NCBI GenBank assembly: GCA_019419585.1
Contig: DXZQ01000016.1
Span: forward strand, 318 to 64,317
Length of the DNA stretch: 64,000 nt
Source: Collinsella sp.
Lineage (GTDB): Bacteria > Actinomycetota > Coriobacteriia > Coriobacteriales > Coriobacteriaceae
Reading direction: 5' to 3'
The position numbers and the translations under genes were made by a program. The notes below the pieces were generated by a model that saw only the letters and a list, made by a program, of their open reading frames with translations, ran no database searches and was not told where the DNA came from. Of the stretch, positions 47,062 through 56,786 are shown in pieces (position 1 is the first letter of the stretch; every line of letters begins with the position of its first letter).

Positions 47062-49704
47062 CTACAGCGCACCAGAGCCGGCTTGCATCATACCGCCGGG
47101 GCCCGAGGTCACGCCGCCGCTCACGGGCGCGGCGTTGCCAGTGTGCGGTGCCGCCGGGGCGGTATCACCACCGAGCGTGCCCGCCAGACGCGGTGCCGGG
47201 ATCTCGCCCGTGCCGTGGCTAAAGACAAACTTGCCATCGGCCACGTCGCACAGGACGGTATCGCCCTCGCCCCACTCGCCGGCCAGCAGCTCCTCGGACA
47301 GCGGGTCCTCGATGAGCTTTTGAATAGCACGGCGCAGCGGACGCGCACCGTTGGTGAGGTCGGTGCCCTCGGCCACGATCTTGTCATAGGCCGCATCGGT
47401 GAGCTTGATGTTCATGCCGTTGGCAATCAGACGCTGGCGCAGGTCGTCCACCAGCAGGTGCGCGATCTTGGTGAGATTCTCGCCCGAGAGCTTCTGGAAC
47501 ACCACGATGTCGTCGATGCGGTTGAGCAGCTCGGGGCGGAACAGGCGCTTGAGCTCGCTCATCGCGCGGCCGCGGATCTCACTCGACGTGAGACCCTGCT
47601 CGCCGGTGGTGCCAAAGCCCACGCTCGCATCCTGCGCAATCTCGCGGGCGCCCACATTGGACGTCATGATGATCACGGTGTTGCGGAAGTCGACCGTCTT
47701 GCCCTGGCTATCGGTCAGGCGGCCCTCCTCCAGCACCTGCAGCAAGATGTTGAAGATATCGGGGTGCGCCTTCTCGATCTCGTCGAACAGCACGACCGAG
47801 TACGGGTGGCGACGAACGGCCTTGGTGAGCTGGCCGCCCTCGTCGTGACCGACGTAGCCCGGAGGGCTACCGATGAGCTTGGAGACCTCGAACTCGCTAC
47901 CGAACTCGGACATGTCGAAGCTGATGAGCGCGTCCTTGCTGCCAAAGAGATACTCGGCGAGCGTCTTGGCGAGCTCGGTCTTGCCCGTGCCGGTGGGACC
48001 TAGGAAGATAAAGCTGCCGCCGGGACGACGCGGGTCCTTGAGCGGCGAGCGGCTGCGGCGCACGGCCTTGGCGACGGCCTCGACGGCCTCGTCCTGGCCG
48101 ATGATGCGCGTCTTGAGCACGCTTTCGGTCTGCAGCAGGCGCCGGCTCTCGCTCTCGGTAAGCGAGGATACCGGCACGCCCGAAGTCACGGACACGATAT
48201 CGGCGATCTGACTCACATCGATGGTGAGCGGGCTGGCGTCGAGCTCGGCGGTCCAGGCAGCCTTGGCCTCGGCGAGTTCAATCTCGGCAGCCTTCTGCTG
48301 CTCGGTGATCTCGGCGGCCTTGTTCATGTCGTCGCTCTCGGTGGCCTCCTGCGCGGCGGCCTTGAGCTCCTCTATGCGATGCTCGGCCTCGCGCACCGGC
48401 TCGGGCGCGCGGTTGGCGGCGATTCGGGCGCGGGCACCGGCCTCGTCAATGAGGTCGATGGCCTTATCGGGCAGGAAGCGATCCTGAATGTAGCGGTTGG
48501 AAAGGTTCGCGGCGGCCTCGATAGCACCCTGCGTATAGCGCACATGGTGGTGCTCCTCGTAGCGCGGCTTGAGCGCGGTCAGGATCTTGACCGTGTCCTC
48601 GACGCTCGGCTCCTCGACATCGATGGTCTGGAAGCGACGCTCGAAGGCCGGGTCCTTGGTGAGGTACTTGCGGAACTCCTCGGCCGTGGTGGCGCCGATA
48701 ATCTGGAAGGCACCGCGCGCGAGCACGGGCTTGAGCATGGAGCTCGCGTCGATGGAGCCCTCGGCAGAACCGGCACCGATGATGGTGTGCATCTCATCGA
48801 TAAACAAGATGACGTCGTCGGCCTCGGTTGCCTCCTGGATCACGTTCTTGAGGCGCTCCTCGAACTCACCGCGATACTTGGCGCCCGCAACGAGACCCGG
48901 CAGGTCGAGCGTCCAGATATTCTGGTTCATGAGGTTCTCGGGCACGTTGCCGGCAGCAATCTGTTGCGCCAGTCCCTCGACGATGGCCGTTTTGCCCACG
49001 CCGGGATCGCCCAGGATAAGCGGATTGTTCTTGGTGCGGCGCGAAAGGATCTCCATCATGCGCTGGACTTCCTTTTCGCGGCCAATCACGGGATCGAGCT
49101 CGCCGTCGCGCGCCTTTTGCGTGAGGTTGGTGGCGAACTGCTTGAGCGTGTCGGTGCCGCTCCCCTTTTGCTGAGAGGCATCCGAGCCGCTAAAGAACGG
49201 CAGGCCCGCACCGGGACGACCAGCGCCAGCGCCAGCGAGCGGACGCTTCTTGTCCTGATCCTTGGCAGTGAGCTTTTCGATGGCCTTTTTAATGGAAGCA
49301 GACGACACACCCAGGCGCATGAGGATGTCCATGGCCATGCCGTTGCCCTCTTCGACGATGCCGATCAGCAAGTGCTCGGTCGACACGTAGGTCTGGTTGT
49401 TTTCACGCGCCACGCGGAATGAACGCTCCATCACGCTAATGACGAGCGGCGTAAAGGCGAGCTTGGCCGCCTCGGTCTCCTCACTGGGCTCGGGAACCGT
49501 GGTCTGGACCTCTTTGAGAGTATCCATGATGTCATCGTAGGAGATGTCGAGCGAACGCAGTGCCTCGGCGGCAATGCCCTCGTCCTCCTTAGCGAGCGCG
49601 AGCAGCAGGTGCTCGGTACCCACCTTATTTGAGTGAAGATCGAGCGCTTCTTGCTTGGCCATGGACATGACCTTGCGCGCGCGATCGGTAAAACGGTCTA
49701 ACAT
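47062..49704 (-). CDS. clpC: ATP-dependent Clp protease ATP-binding subunit ClpC
   Basis: Trimmed to [37 protein letters not shown]... It has two AAA+ modules ([15 protein letters not shown]; [12 protein letters not shown]), a UVR-like linker and a Gly/Ala/Pro-rich C-tail. Confidence 0.95.
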   Translation of the reverse strand: MLDRFTDRARKVMSMAKQEALDLHSNKVGTEHLLLALAKEDEGIAAEALRSLDISYDDIMDTLKEVQTTVPEPSEETEAAKLAFTPLVISVMERSFRVARENNQTYVSTEHLLIGIVEEGNGMAMDILMRLGVSSASIKKAIEKLTAKDQDKKRPLAGAGAGRPGAGLPFFSGSDASQQKGSGTDTLKQFATNLTQKARDGELDPVIGREKEVQRMMEILSRRTKNNPLILGDPGVGKTAIVEGLAQQIAAGNVPENLMNQNIWTLDLPGLVAGAKYRGEFEERLKNVIQEATEADDVILFIDEMHTIIGAGSAEGSIDASSMLKPVLARGAFQIIGATTAEEFRKYLTKDPAFERRFQTIDVEEPSVEDTVKILTALKPRYEEHHHVRYTQGAIEAAANLSNRYIQDRFLPDKAIDLIDEAGARARIAANRAPEPVREAEHRIEELKAAAQEATESDDMNKAAEITEQQKAAEIELAEAKAAWTAELDASPLTIDVSQIADIVSVTSGVPVSSLTESESRRLLQTESVLKTRIIGQDEAVEAVAKAVRRSRSPLKDPRRPGGSFIFLGPTGTGKTELAKTLAEYLFGSKDALISFDMSEFGSEFEVSKLIGSPPGYVGHDEGGQLTKAVRRHPYSVVLFDEIEKAHPDIFNILLQVLEEGRLTDSQGKTVDFRNTVIIMTSNVGAREIAQDASVGFGTTGEQGLTSSEIRGRAMSELKRLFRPELLNRIDDIVVFQKLSGENLTKIAHLLVDDLRQRLIANGMNIKLTDAAYDKIVAEGTDLTNGARPLRRAIQKLIEDPLSEELLAGEWGEGDTVLCDVADGKFVFSHGTGEIPAPRLAGTLGGDTAPAAPHTGNAAPVSGGVTSGPGGMMQAGSGAL

Positions 49705-49877
49705 GCTAGTTCCTCTTAGACGAGCTAGTTTTTTCAAACGCAAAGCGCCGCCCGCGGCAGTGCTTTGGTCTCTTTACCCATATGGAGTATATGTTAACCG
49801 TTGGGACCTTTCCCGCCCGTAGCCGCGCGACAACGTCTACAAAAAAGGAATTGCCAGGTGCGTCTGCATCGGCCCAA

Positions 49878-49970
49878 CGAGCGTGGATTTTCGGACACCA
49901 ATTCCACGAGCGTGGATAATCTCCCGTTTTGAGCCCGTAAACAGGCCAAAAACGGGAGATTATCCACGTT
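49878..49970. repeat. Cluster C of the GGGAGA-N3-TCCACGCTCG family, containing a 20-bp perfect inverted repeat
   Basis: Copies are cgagcgtggattttcgg (49878-94), cgagcgtggataatctcccg (49907-26) and inverted cgggagattatccacgttc (49953-70). The arms cgtggataatctcccgtttt (49911-30) and aaaacgggagattatccacg (49949-68) are perfectly complementary. Confidence 0.9.
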
Positions 49971-50002
49971 CATGTTTTGCGGATCAGTTTCATTTGCACC
50001 AA

Positions 50003-51571
50003 TTAGCTGGTGTGGCGCCAGCGAGAGTCGGTGAGGGTTCTCGCCACGCCCAGGCCAACGGGCAGAAACGCCACAATGAGCACTGCACGCACAAACCAGC
50101 CGAGCATATTGACCGTGTCGAAGGTGCACATGTAATACATCGAGCGATACAGATACAAGCCCGGCACCATAATGACAATCGATGGCACCGTGAGGGCGAT
50201 ACGTGGGTAGGTGAGCTTGATTTCGGCTAAGCTCGCGAGCAGGCCCGATACCAGCGCACCGATAAACGCTGCCGCCTCGGGAGGCATACCTACGCTCAGG
50301 CCCAGAAAGGGAAACAGCGTCGGCGCATCGACGAGCGTAAGGCGCAAGGTATTGGACACGGCGCCGATCAGCCCAGCTGCCGCGGCCATCTTTACCGGGC
50401 TGTTGAACATCACCGAGAAGCCGAATACGCCAACGAAGCTCATCACCACGCGCAGGAGCGTAAGGGCAAGCGGCGAAAGGCCGAGCGGGGCAAAATCATC
50501 CGGTGCCAGCCCCACACACTCGGCAACCATCCAGCCCACAAGGGTCGCCATCACAATAATCGACACGGCATACGAAAGACGCTCAATGCCGCTTCGCATA
50601 TCGAGCTTAGCGATGTCGAGGCCTGCCGTAATGAGGGGAAAGCCGGGAATCACAAAGAGCATGGCGCCGATATAGCCTTCTTGGTGCGACATTGCCCCCG
50701 GTACGACCTGGCCAAGGCCGAGCAATGCCAGCAGATACGAAACGCAAGCGAGCGCAATGCCAATCGTCAGCGCGCTAAACTGGCCAAGACCCTGCTTGAG
50801 AATATGAGAGCGAGCAAAGTTGCCAACACCAGCGCCTACGAATGCGCAGGCCATCTCGATAGGGCCGCCGCCGAGCAAAAAGACGAAGGCGCCGCAAGCA
50901 CAAGCTGCCGCAAGGCCCTGTTGCCAGGGAGAGTAATCGGGTTTTGAACTCTCAACGGTCTTGAGCATCTCGTGGTATTCGTGCACGGTAAACCGGCGCC
51001 CATACGTCTCAATTTCCTTTAGGAAGCTCTCCATCATCCAAATGCGATGGGTATTGACTCCCGTTGTGGGCAGGCTGACAACCTCGTTAAAGCAGTGGCC
51101 ATCTTCGATGCAGGTGCACTCAAACGACAGAAGACTTAAGTCAACGTGGACGGTGACACCGAGTACGGCGGCAACGCGATTCATGGTATCGCGTACACGC
51201 CAGGCACCCGTTCCGCTCGCGAGCATAAGCATACCGGTGCGGCAGATGATGGATGACTTATCGGTGAGCGGCGCATCGACGGCAAGCTCATCGCCTGCCG
51301 TCACGATCTGGTGCCAGTCTGTTTTCATATGGAGTGCGCCGGCACGAACACCGTGGTGCATGGGGGCTCTCGAAAGCAGCGAGTCAAGGCGCGAAGACTG
51401 TGGGGGCTCCGTTGATTCGTCCTCAACCTCATCAGTCTCTTCATCGACCAGATCAAATGAGTCAAGCGATGCCGGCTCGCGACGATCGATTAGCTCCTCA
51501 TCCTCATCGTCAAAGTAATTGAACTGATCGAGCATGTCCTCTTCGATTGCACGCTCGCTCGCGTCGTCCAT
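50003..51571 (-). CDS. Threonine/serine exporter (ThrE) family membrane protein with an acidic N-terminal extension
   Basis: 522 aa. A cytoplasmic region (ICRTGMLMLASGTGAWRVRDTMNRVAA) is followed by ~10 TM segments. The first ~70 aa are Asp/Glu-rich. Confidence 0.8.
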   Translation of the reverse strand: MDDASERAIEEDMLDQFNYFDDEDEELIDRREPASLDSFDLVDEETDEVEDESTEPPQSSRLDSLLSRAPMHHGVRAGALHMKTDWHQIVTAGDELAVDAPLTDKSSIICRTGMLMLASGTGAWRVRDTMNRVAAVLGVTVHVDLSLLSFECTCIEDGHCFNEVVSLPTTGVNTHRIWMMESFLKEIETYGRRFTVHEYHEMLKTVESSKPDYSPWQQGLAAACACGAFVFLLGGGPIEMACAFVGAGVGNFARSHILKQGLGQFSALTIGIALACVSYLLALLGLGQVVPGAMSHQEGYIGAMLFVIPGFPLITAGLDIAKLDMRSGIERLSYAVSIIVMATLVGWMVAECVGLAPDDFAPLGLSPLALTLLRVVMSFVGVFGFSVMFNSPVKMAAAAGLIGAVSNTLRLTLVDAPTLFPFLGLSVGMPPEAAAFIGALVSGLLASLAEIKLTYPRIALTVPSIVIMVPGLYLYRSMYYMCTFDTVNMLGWFVRAVLIVAFLPVGLGVARTLTDSRWRHTS

Positions 51572-51770
51572 ATAGACGCTCCCTTCCTACCGACTAACCC
51601 CCATCCTAGGCAGCGACGGCTAAAGGAAACATAAAAGAGACGGCTGCCATGCGAGCCATGTGCTCAATAGCCGTTGGGTAGTCGTTTAAGAACGTCCCCA
51701 ATGACTATTGACGGCCAAGGCAACGCCGATGTATTGGCAACGTCAGCGAGCGGGCCGCATTTGAGACAAG

Positions 51771-51813
51771 GTGACGTGAAACGAAAGGGCGCTGACCTTC
51801 TGGTCGCGCCCTT
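51771..51813 (-). terminator. Intrinsic terminator downstream of lysS (apex of a longer imperfect hairpin, 51751-51848)
   Basis: On the minus strand, aagggcgcgacc-agaa-ggtcagcgccctt is followed by TCGTTTC. Confidence 0.6.
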
Positions 51814-51891
51814 GAAGTTGAACGTCAGATTGTCCAAATGCGGCCCGCGCAGCGTCGAGCCGTTACGCGGTTCGTAGAACCGCGTAACTAG

Positions 51892-53856
51892 TTAGTACAT
51901 CTTTGCGCCGGCGGGGATGGAAGCGTCGAGCTGGATCAGATTGAGACGCTCCTCGCCCTCCTCCTCGTGGATAGCGCTGATGAGCATGCCGCAGCTGGGA
52001 ATACCCATCATCTTGCGCGGAGGCAGGTTGGTGATGGCGAGCAGAGTCTTGCCGACCAGGTCCTCGGGCTCGTAGTACTCGTGAATGCCGGAGAGGATGG
52101 TGCGGTCCGTGCCGGTGCCGTCGTCGAGCGAAAAGTTCAGCAGCTTCTTGGACTTCTTGACGGCCTCGCATGCCTTGACCTTCACAGCGCGGAAATCGCT
52201 CTTGGAGAAGGTATCGAAGTCGACGAACTCCTCGAACAGCGGCTCAACGGCGATCTTGGAGTAATCGAGCGTGGGCTTAAGCGACTTAACGAACGGGCTC
52301 GCGGCGTTGCCGGCCTCGGCAGCCTTGGCGGCAGCGGCACCGGACTGGAAACCCTTCTCGGGCTTCATGTGCGGGAACAGCAGCACGTCGCGGATGGAAG
52401 CCTGGTTGGTGAGCAGCATGACCACGCGGTCGATGCCGATGCCGATGCCGCCCGCAGGAGGCATACCGTACTCGAGGGCGCGCACGTAGTCCTCGTCGTA
52501 CTCCATGGCCTCGTCGTCGCCGCCAGCTTTCTCGGCCATCTGGGCAGCAAAGCGCTCGGCCTGATCGACCGGGTCGTTGAGCTCGGAGAACGCGTTGGCG
52601 TACTCGTGGCCGGCAATAACCAGCTCAAAGCGGTGCGTCAGGCGCGGATCGTCCTCAAAGCGCTTGGCAAGCGGGCTGACCTCGATGGGGTAATCGCACA
52701 CGAACGTGGGGTTGACGATGGTGTCCTCGCCCAGCTCATCGTAAATCTCGGCGATGATCTTGCCAGCAGTCCACTCGGGCTTGATCTCCAGGCCCTTCTC
52801 GCGCGCGGCGGCAGCAAGCTCCTCGACCGGCGTGTCGATGGTGACCTGCTTGCCGAGCACGTCGGAGACGATGTCGGTCATGGGACGGCTGGCCCACTCA
52901 CCAGAAAGGTCGATGGTCTGGCCCTGGTACTCGATGACCTCGGGGTTGCCGATGGCCTTGTTAGCCGCCTTAATGACACCCTGGGCGAGCGCCTTCATGC
53001 CCTCGAGGTCGGAGAAGGCACGGTAGGCCTCCATCGTGGTGAACTCGGGGTTGTGGGTAAGGTCCATGCCCTCGTTACGGAAGATGCGGCCGATCTCGAA
53101 CACGCGCTCAAAACCACCGACGATGCAGCGCTTGAGGTGCAGCTCGGTGGCAATACGCAGGTAGCACTCCTGATCGAGCGCGTTGAAGTGGGTAATGAAC
53201 GGCTTGGCCGTGGCACCACCCTGGATGGTCTGCAGGATGGGGGTCTCGACCTCCATGTAGCCGTCGGACTCCATAAAGCGACGGAAGGTGGAGAGAATCT
53301 GCGAACGCTTACGGAAGGTCTCGCGAACGTCGTCGTTGGCGATCAGGTCGACATAGCGCTGGCGATAGCGGGTCTCCTTGTCGGAAAGACCGTGGAACTT
53401 CTCGGGCAGCGGACGAACGGCCTTGGAAAGCAGGGTCGCGCTCTTAGGGGCAACGGAAAGCTGGCCGCGCTGGGTGCGCACAACCACGCCGGTCACGCCC
53501 AAGATGTCGCCCAGGTCGAGGGACTTGAGCGTATTCCAGGCAGCCTCGTCCATGTCGTTGATGCGGCAGAACAGCTGAATCTCGGCAGTCGCATCGCGCA
53601 CGACGATGAACATGATCTTGCCCTGACCGCGCTTGGCGACCACGCGGCCGGCGATCTTCACGACGTCCTCGGTGTCCTCGCCATCGGCAAGCTCGGCGTA
53701 CTTAGCCTCGATATCGGCAACGTAGTCCTCAAGCTCAGAGTGCTCGGGATAGGGGTTCTGGCCCGCCTCGAACAGGGCGGCGCGCTTGGCCAGGCGGGTG
53801 GCGCGCTCGTCGTTGAGCGTCGATGCCTGATCTGCGGCGTTCTGGTTCTCTGCCAT
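51892..53856 (-). CDS. lysS: Lysine--tRNA ligase (class II) with a fused C-terminal tRNA-binding (CsaA/EMAP/Trbp111-type) domain
   Basis: 654 aa. The core runs to ...LLFPHMKPE. The C-terminal ~150 aa read FSKSDFRAVKVKACEAVKKSKKLLNFSLDDGTGTDRTILSGIHEYYEPEDLVGKTLLAITNLPPRKMMGIPSCGMLISA. Confidence 0.92.
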   Translation of the reverse strand: MAENQNAADQASTLNDERATRLAKRAALFEAGQNPYPEHSELEDYVADIEAKYAELADGEDTEDVVKIAGRVVAKRGQGKIMFIVVRDATAEIQLFCRINDMDEAAWNTLKSLDLGDILGVTGVVVRTQRGQLSVAPKSATLLSKAVRPLPEKFHGLSDKETRYRQRYVDLIANDDVRETFRKRSQILSTFRRFMESDGYMEVETPILQTIQGGATAKPFITHFNALDQECYLRIATELHLKRCIVGGFERVFEIGRIFRNEGMDLTHNPEFTTMEAYRAFSDLEGMKALAQGVIKAANKAIGNPEVIEYQGQTIDLSGEWASRPMTDIVSDVLGKQVTIDTPVEELAAAAREKGLEIKPEWTAGKIIAEIYDELGEDTIVNPTFVCDYPIEVSPLAKRFEDDPRLTHRFELVIAGHEYANAFSELNDPVDQAERFAAQMAEKAGGDDEAMEYDEDYVRALEYGMPPAGGIGIGIDRVVMLLTNQASIRDVLLFPHMKPEKGFQSGAAAAKAAEAGNAASPFVKSLKPTLDYSKIAVEPLFEEFVDFDTFSKSDFRAVKVKACEAVKKSKKLLNFSLDDGTGTDRTILSGIHEYYEPEDLVGKTLLAITNLPPRKMMGIPSCGMLISAIHEEEGEERLNLIQLDASIPAGAKMY

Positions 53857-53935
53857 AAGTTAGCTCCTCAAACTAAAACGCTCCCCAGGATTCGGTCCCA
53901 GGGAGCGAAAACATACCTTTACGCGGGACCGTGGT

Positions 53936-54406
53936 CTAGCGTGCAATCTTGGCGATGGTGTAGACGCGAGTCTTGCCGGAAGGCGTAACGACCTCGACGG
54001 AGTCGCCCTCGCCGTGACCGATGATGGCGTGGCCGACCGGAGACTCGTTGGAAATCTTGTGCTCGAGCGAGTTGGTCTCGGTGGTACCGACGAGCGTGAC
54101 TTCCATGACCTCACCGTTGGGATCAATCAGAGAAACGGTGGAACCGATGGAGACGGTCAGATCACCTGTGGTGGCAGCAACCTGAGCGTTGGCAAGGATG
54201 GCCTGGATCTCGGCAATACGAGCGGCGTTCTGGGCCTGCTTGTCCTTGGCGGCATCGTACTCGGAGTTCTCCGAAAGGTCGCCGAACGCGCGGGCTTCCT
54301 TGATGTCCTCGACGATCTCCTTGGCGTAATCGCCCTCACGCCAAGCGAGCTCCTCGACGAGCTTCTGGCGGCCCTCAGCGGTCAGTACGATCTGGCTTGC
54401 GTCCAT
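53936..54406 (-). CDS. greA: Transcription elongation factor GreA
   Basis: Trimmed to MDASQIVLTAEGRQKLVEELAWREGDYAKEIVEDIKEARAFGDLSENSEYDAAKDKQ... Confidence 0.93.
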   Translation of the reverse strand: MDASQIVLTAEGRQKLVEELAWREGDYAKEIVEDIKEARAFGDLSENSEYDAAKDKQAQNAARIAEIQAILANAQVAATTGDLTVSIGSTVSLIDPNGEVMEVTLVGTTETNSLEHKISNESPVGHAIIGHGEGDSVEVVTPSGKTRVYTIAKIAR

Positions 54407-54449
54407 ACGGATATCTCCCCAACTCTGATCAAACAATCAACTGTCAACA

Positions 54450-54487
54450 AAACGAAAAAGACCGGCTAGCCTGCGGGCAAGCCGGTC
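54450..54487 (-). terminator. Intrinsic terminator after tatA
   Basis: On the minus strand, gaccggct-N12-agccggtc is followed by TTTTTCGTTTTG. Confidence 0.7.
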
Positions 54488-54512
54488 AGGTGCTCACCCC
54501 AAAGGGATGGGA

Positions 54513-54788
54513 CTACTCTGCGTCCGCGTCGCTGTCCTCTGCCTGCTTCTTCTTGGCAGCAGCGAGCTTGGCCTCGAGCTCAGCGATCTCCTTGTCCTCC
54601 TCGGACTGCTCGACCACGACCTCCTCGGCCTGCTTGGTCTCGGCCTTATCGTCGCCCTCCATACCCTCGCGGATATTCTTGACGGTAGAGCCGAGGGACT
54701 TGCCGAGCTTCGGCAGGTTCTTGGGCCCGAAGATAATCAGGACAACGACGAGAATAATGATGAGCTCAGGAGCCCTCAGTCCAAACAT
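54513..54788 (-). CDS. tatA: Twin-arginine translocase subunit TatA/E
   Basis: The real part of ORF 54513..54971 is MFGLRAPELIIILVVVLIIFGPKNLPKLGKSLG..., with GGAGG upstream. The upstream part of that ORF overlaps tRNA-Pro. Confidence 0.9.
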   Translation of the reverse strand: MFGLRAPELIIILVVVLIIFGPKNLPKLGKSLGSTVKNIREGMEGDDKAETKQAEEVVVEQSEEDKEIAELEAKLAAAKKKQAEDSDADAE

Positions 54789-54861
54789 GTAGACCTCCAC
54801 AATACAGCGAGACAAGCTCGAATGAGTATACCGCGGGTATCGCGGTATCACAACAATAGCT

Positions 54862-54890
54862 AAAAAAAGGGACCGCAAGAAGCGGTCCCT
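54862..54890 (-). terminator. Intrinsic terminator after tRNA-Pro
   Basis: On the minus strand, agggaccgc-ttctt-gcggtccct is followed by TTTTTTT. Confidence 0.8.
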
Positions 54891-54900
54891 CCTCATGCTC

Positions 54901-54977
54901 TGGTCGGGTTGACTGGATTTGAACCAGCGACCCCTGCGTCCCGAACGCAGTGCTCTACCAAACTGAGCCACAACCCG
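54901..54977 (-). tRNA. tRNA-Pro (anticodon CGG)
   Basis: CGGGTTGTGGCTCAGTTTGGTAGAGCACTGCG-TTCGGGA-CGCAG...GGTTCAAATCC...AACCCGACCA. Confidence 0.88.
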
Positions 54978-55026
54978 TTAGCTCGACTATAGTAACAAAG
55001 ATTTCCGTCGTGTGCTAGAGAAATTT

Positions 55027-55923
55027 TTACTTCTTTGGCACTTCGATGCGAACCGTGTTGGGAATGAGCTCCGTCGCGCAGGACCACCAGCCGTTTTGCA
55101 GGGCAGCGTCGGCAAGCCTTTCGGCCGTGGCGGCGGTGTCGCAAATGGCAAATGAGCAGGCACCCGATCCGCACACATCTACAGCAACGGTGCCGTCCTG
55201 TTTACGCAGCCAATCGAGAACCGTTTGAATCTGCGGCTCCATCTGTGCGGAAATGACACCTAGGTTGTTATGGATGAGCGCATATGCCGTCTCGGCATCA
55301 CCAGCATGCAAGGCAGAAGCTATCGCGCCGGGCTTGTCTGCAGGCACCGGAGCCTCGTCAAAACGTCGATAGGCTTCAATTGTTGAAACGCTTGCCTCGC
55401 GCGGCTTGACCAACACGACGGGCGTTGCGGGCAGCGCGGGATACTCAGTTGCCAGCACGTCTCCCCCACCTACGTAGAACGCAAGGCTCGCGTGCAAAAA
55501 GAACGGGACGTCAGCACCAATACCCCGCGCAATGTCGTCGAGCGCGGGGTCGGTGCGATCAATTCCCCAGAGCTCCGCCAAGGCGACAATGACCGCGGCC
55601 GCGTCCGTCGAGGGGCCGCCCAAGCCGGCGCACAATGGAATGCGCTTCTCAATCGTCACGCAGATGTTTGCCTCGCAACCATAATGCTCGGCCATAGCAA
55701 CCGCAGCCCGATACGCCGTATTCTTTTGCATGGGAAAATCTGATGCCGGAACCGTCTGGACGGTCAGCGCCTGCGCCGGCGCGACCGTCACGGAATCGGA
55801 AAGACCGACGGCTGCCATCAGGGAATCGACCCTGTGGTAGCCGCGGTCATCGCGCTCGGTATGAACCCCCAGGTAGAGGTTAATCTTTGCCGGCGCGGAA
55901 AGAGTCAGGGACCGATCGGTCAC
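55027..55923 (-). CDS. ispE: 4-diphosphocytidyl-2-C-methyl-D-erythritol kinase
   Basis: 298 aa, GTG start, with APAKINLYLGV and KRIPLCAGLGGPSTDAAA (GHMP motif). Confidence 0.9.
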   Translation of the reverse strand: MTDRSLTLSAPAKINLYLGVHTERDDRGYHRVDSLMAAVGLSDSVTVAPAQALTVQTVPASDFPMQKNTAYRAAVAMAEHYGCEANICVTIEKRIPLCAGLGGPSTDAAAVIVALAELWGIDRTDPALDDIARGIGADVPFFLHASLAFYVGGGDVLATEYPALPATPVVLVKPREASVSTIEAYRRFDEAPVPADKPGAIASALHAGDAETAYALIHNNLGVISAQMEPQIQTVLDWLRKQDGTVAVDVCGSGACSFAICDTAATAERLADAALQNGWWSCATELIPNTVRIEVPKK

Positions 55924-55925
55924 CG

Positions 55926-56222
55926 TTAGTGCTCCTCGAGCTGATTGCCGAGCGGGGTAAAAATGTGCTCACCGCTCTCGGGGTCGAACAGCTCGACCTG
56001 CCCGGTGAGGACATCGATATACTGGTAGGACTGACGCGACTTGCGGCCGCGACGTTCGTCAACCTCGACGATAAAGACGGCGGGGTGGACGCTCTTGATG
56101 GTGCCCATGCGCTCGACGACGCGGGTGCGGCCCATGTTGGCCTTCACCTTGACGCGATCGCCCACCATATCGGTCAGCTTCTCGTGGATGTCGTCGACGT
56201 GATTGACTTCCATCTCTTCCAT
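55926..56222 (-). CDS. veg: Veg family protein
   Basis: MEEMEVNHVDDIHEKLTDMVGDRVKVKANMGRTRVVERMGTIKSVHPAVFIVEV...SYQYIDVLTGQVELF aligns by eye with B. subtilis Veg. The start is 56222 or 56213. Confidence 0.85.
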   Translation of the reverse strand: MEEMEVNHVDDIHEKLTDMVGDRVKVKANMGRTRVVERMGTIKSVHPAVFIVEVDERRGRKSRQSYQYIDVLTGQVELFDPESGEHIFTPLGNQLEEH

Positions 56223-56336
56223 GAACAGGGCCTCCAGAAGGTGCAATTCAAAAAGGGGATAATACCCCTAAGATAGACAAAACTCTAATACTATAGCACC
56301 CTGTTGCGACCACGCGCAAGTAGCTAATTTGGCTAC

Positions 56337-56783
56337 TTACAGATTGTCGGTATCGAGGACGATGGTGAATGGGCCGTCGTTGACGAGGTCGACTTTCATA
56401 TCGGCGCCAAAGATGCCATGCGCCACGTGTTCGACATCTTGACGAACGAGCGTCAGGAAGTACTCGTAGAGCTCGTTGGCGACATCGGGGGCGCCGGCAT
56501 CCGTAAACGATGGGCGGCGGCCGTGACGGCAATCGGCGAACAGCGTGAACTGCGACACTACGAGAACCTCGCCGTCGACATCGGCAAGTGCCAGGTTGGT
56601 CTTGCCGTTCTCGTCCTCGTTAATGCGCAAGCCGCGGAGCTTGCCCCACAGCTTATCGGCCTCGGCGCGCGTGTCGCCGTGGCCCACGCCCAGCAGCACC
56701 AGATAGCCGCGCCCAATTTTGCCCACGCACTCGCCGTCGACCGTCACGCCGGCGTTGAGTACGCGCTGCACCACCGCACGCAC
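56337..56783 (-). CDS. dtd: D-aminoacyl-tRNA deacylase
   Basis: 148 aa, GTG start, with RAVVQRV...[12 protein letters not shown]...VSQFTL...G.RPSF. Confidence 0.92.
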   Translation of the reverse strand: MRAVVQRVLNAGVTVDGECVGKIGRGYLVLLGVGHGDTRAEADKLWGKLRGLRINEDENGKTNLALADVDGEVLVVSQFTLFADCRHGRRPSFTDAGAPDVANELYEYFLTLVRQDVEHVAHGIFGADMKVDLVNDGPFTIVLDTDNL

Positions 56784-56786
56784 GGC

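Noticed and set aside
51967-53988. 673-aa plus-strand ORF
   Set aside because: It is an antisense shadow of lysS, with the same G/D/V/L/A/H-rich composition and no RBS. The same reasoning rejects 7953..9752 (anti-GH13), 11122..13356 (anti-feoB) and 15812..17254 (anti-asnS). It also rejects 18321..19466 (anti-SBP), 19962..21179 and 20371..21567 (anti-ABC), 25455..26906 (anti-rplA/rplK/nusG) and 28071..29315 (anti-tuf). The remaining cases are 36181..37098, 37775..39364 (anti-cysS), 45102..45944, 47083..48003, 48379..49422 (anti-clpC), 56418..57329, 57584..58816, 59021..60310, 60265..61197, 62092..62952 and 63094..63906.
54789-54971. Upstream part of ORF 54513..54971(-)
   Set aside because: It runs through tRNA-Pro and its terminator. 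TatA begins at MFGLRAPE (54788) with its own RBS.
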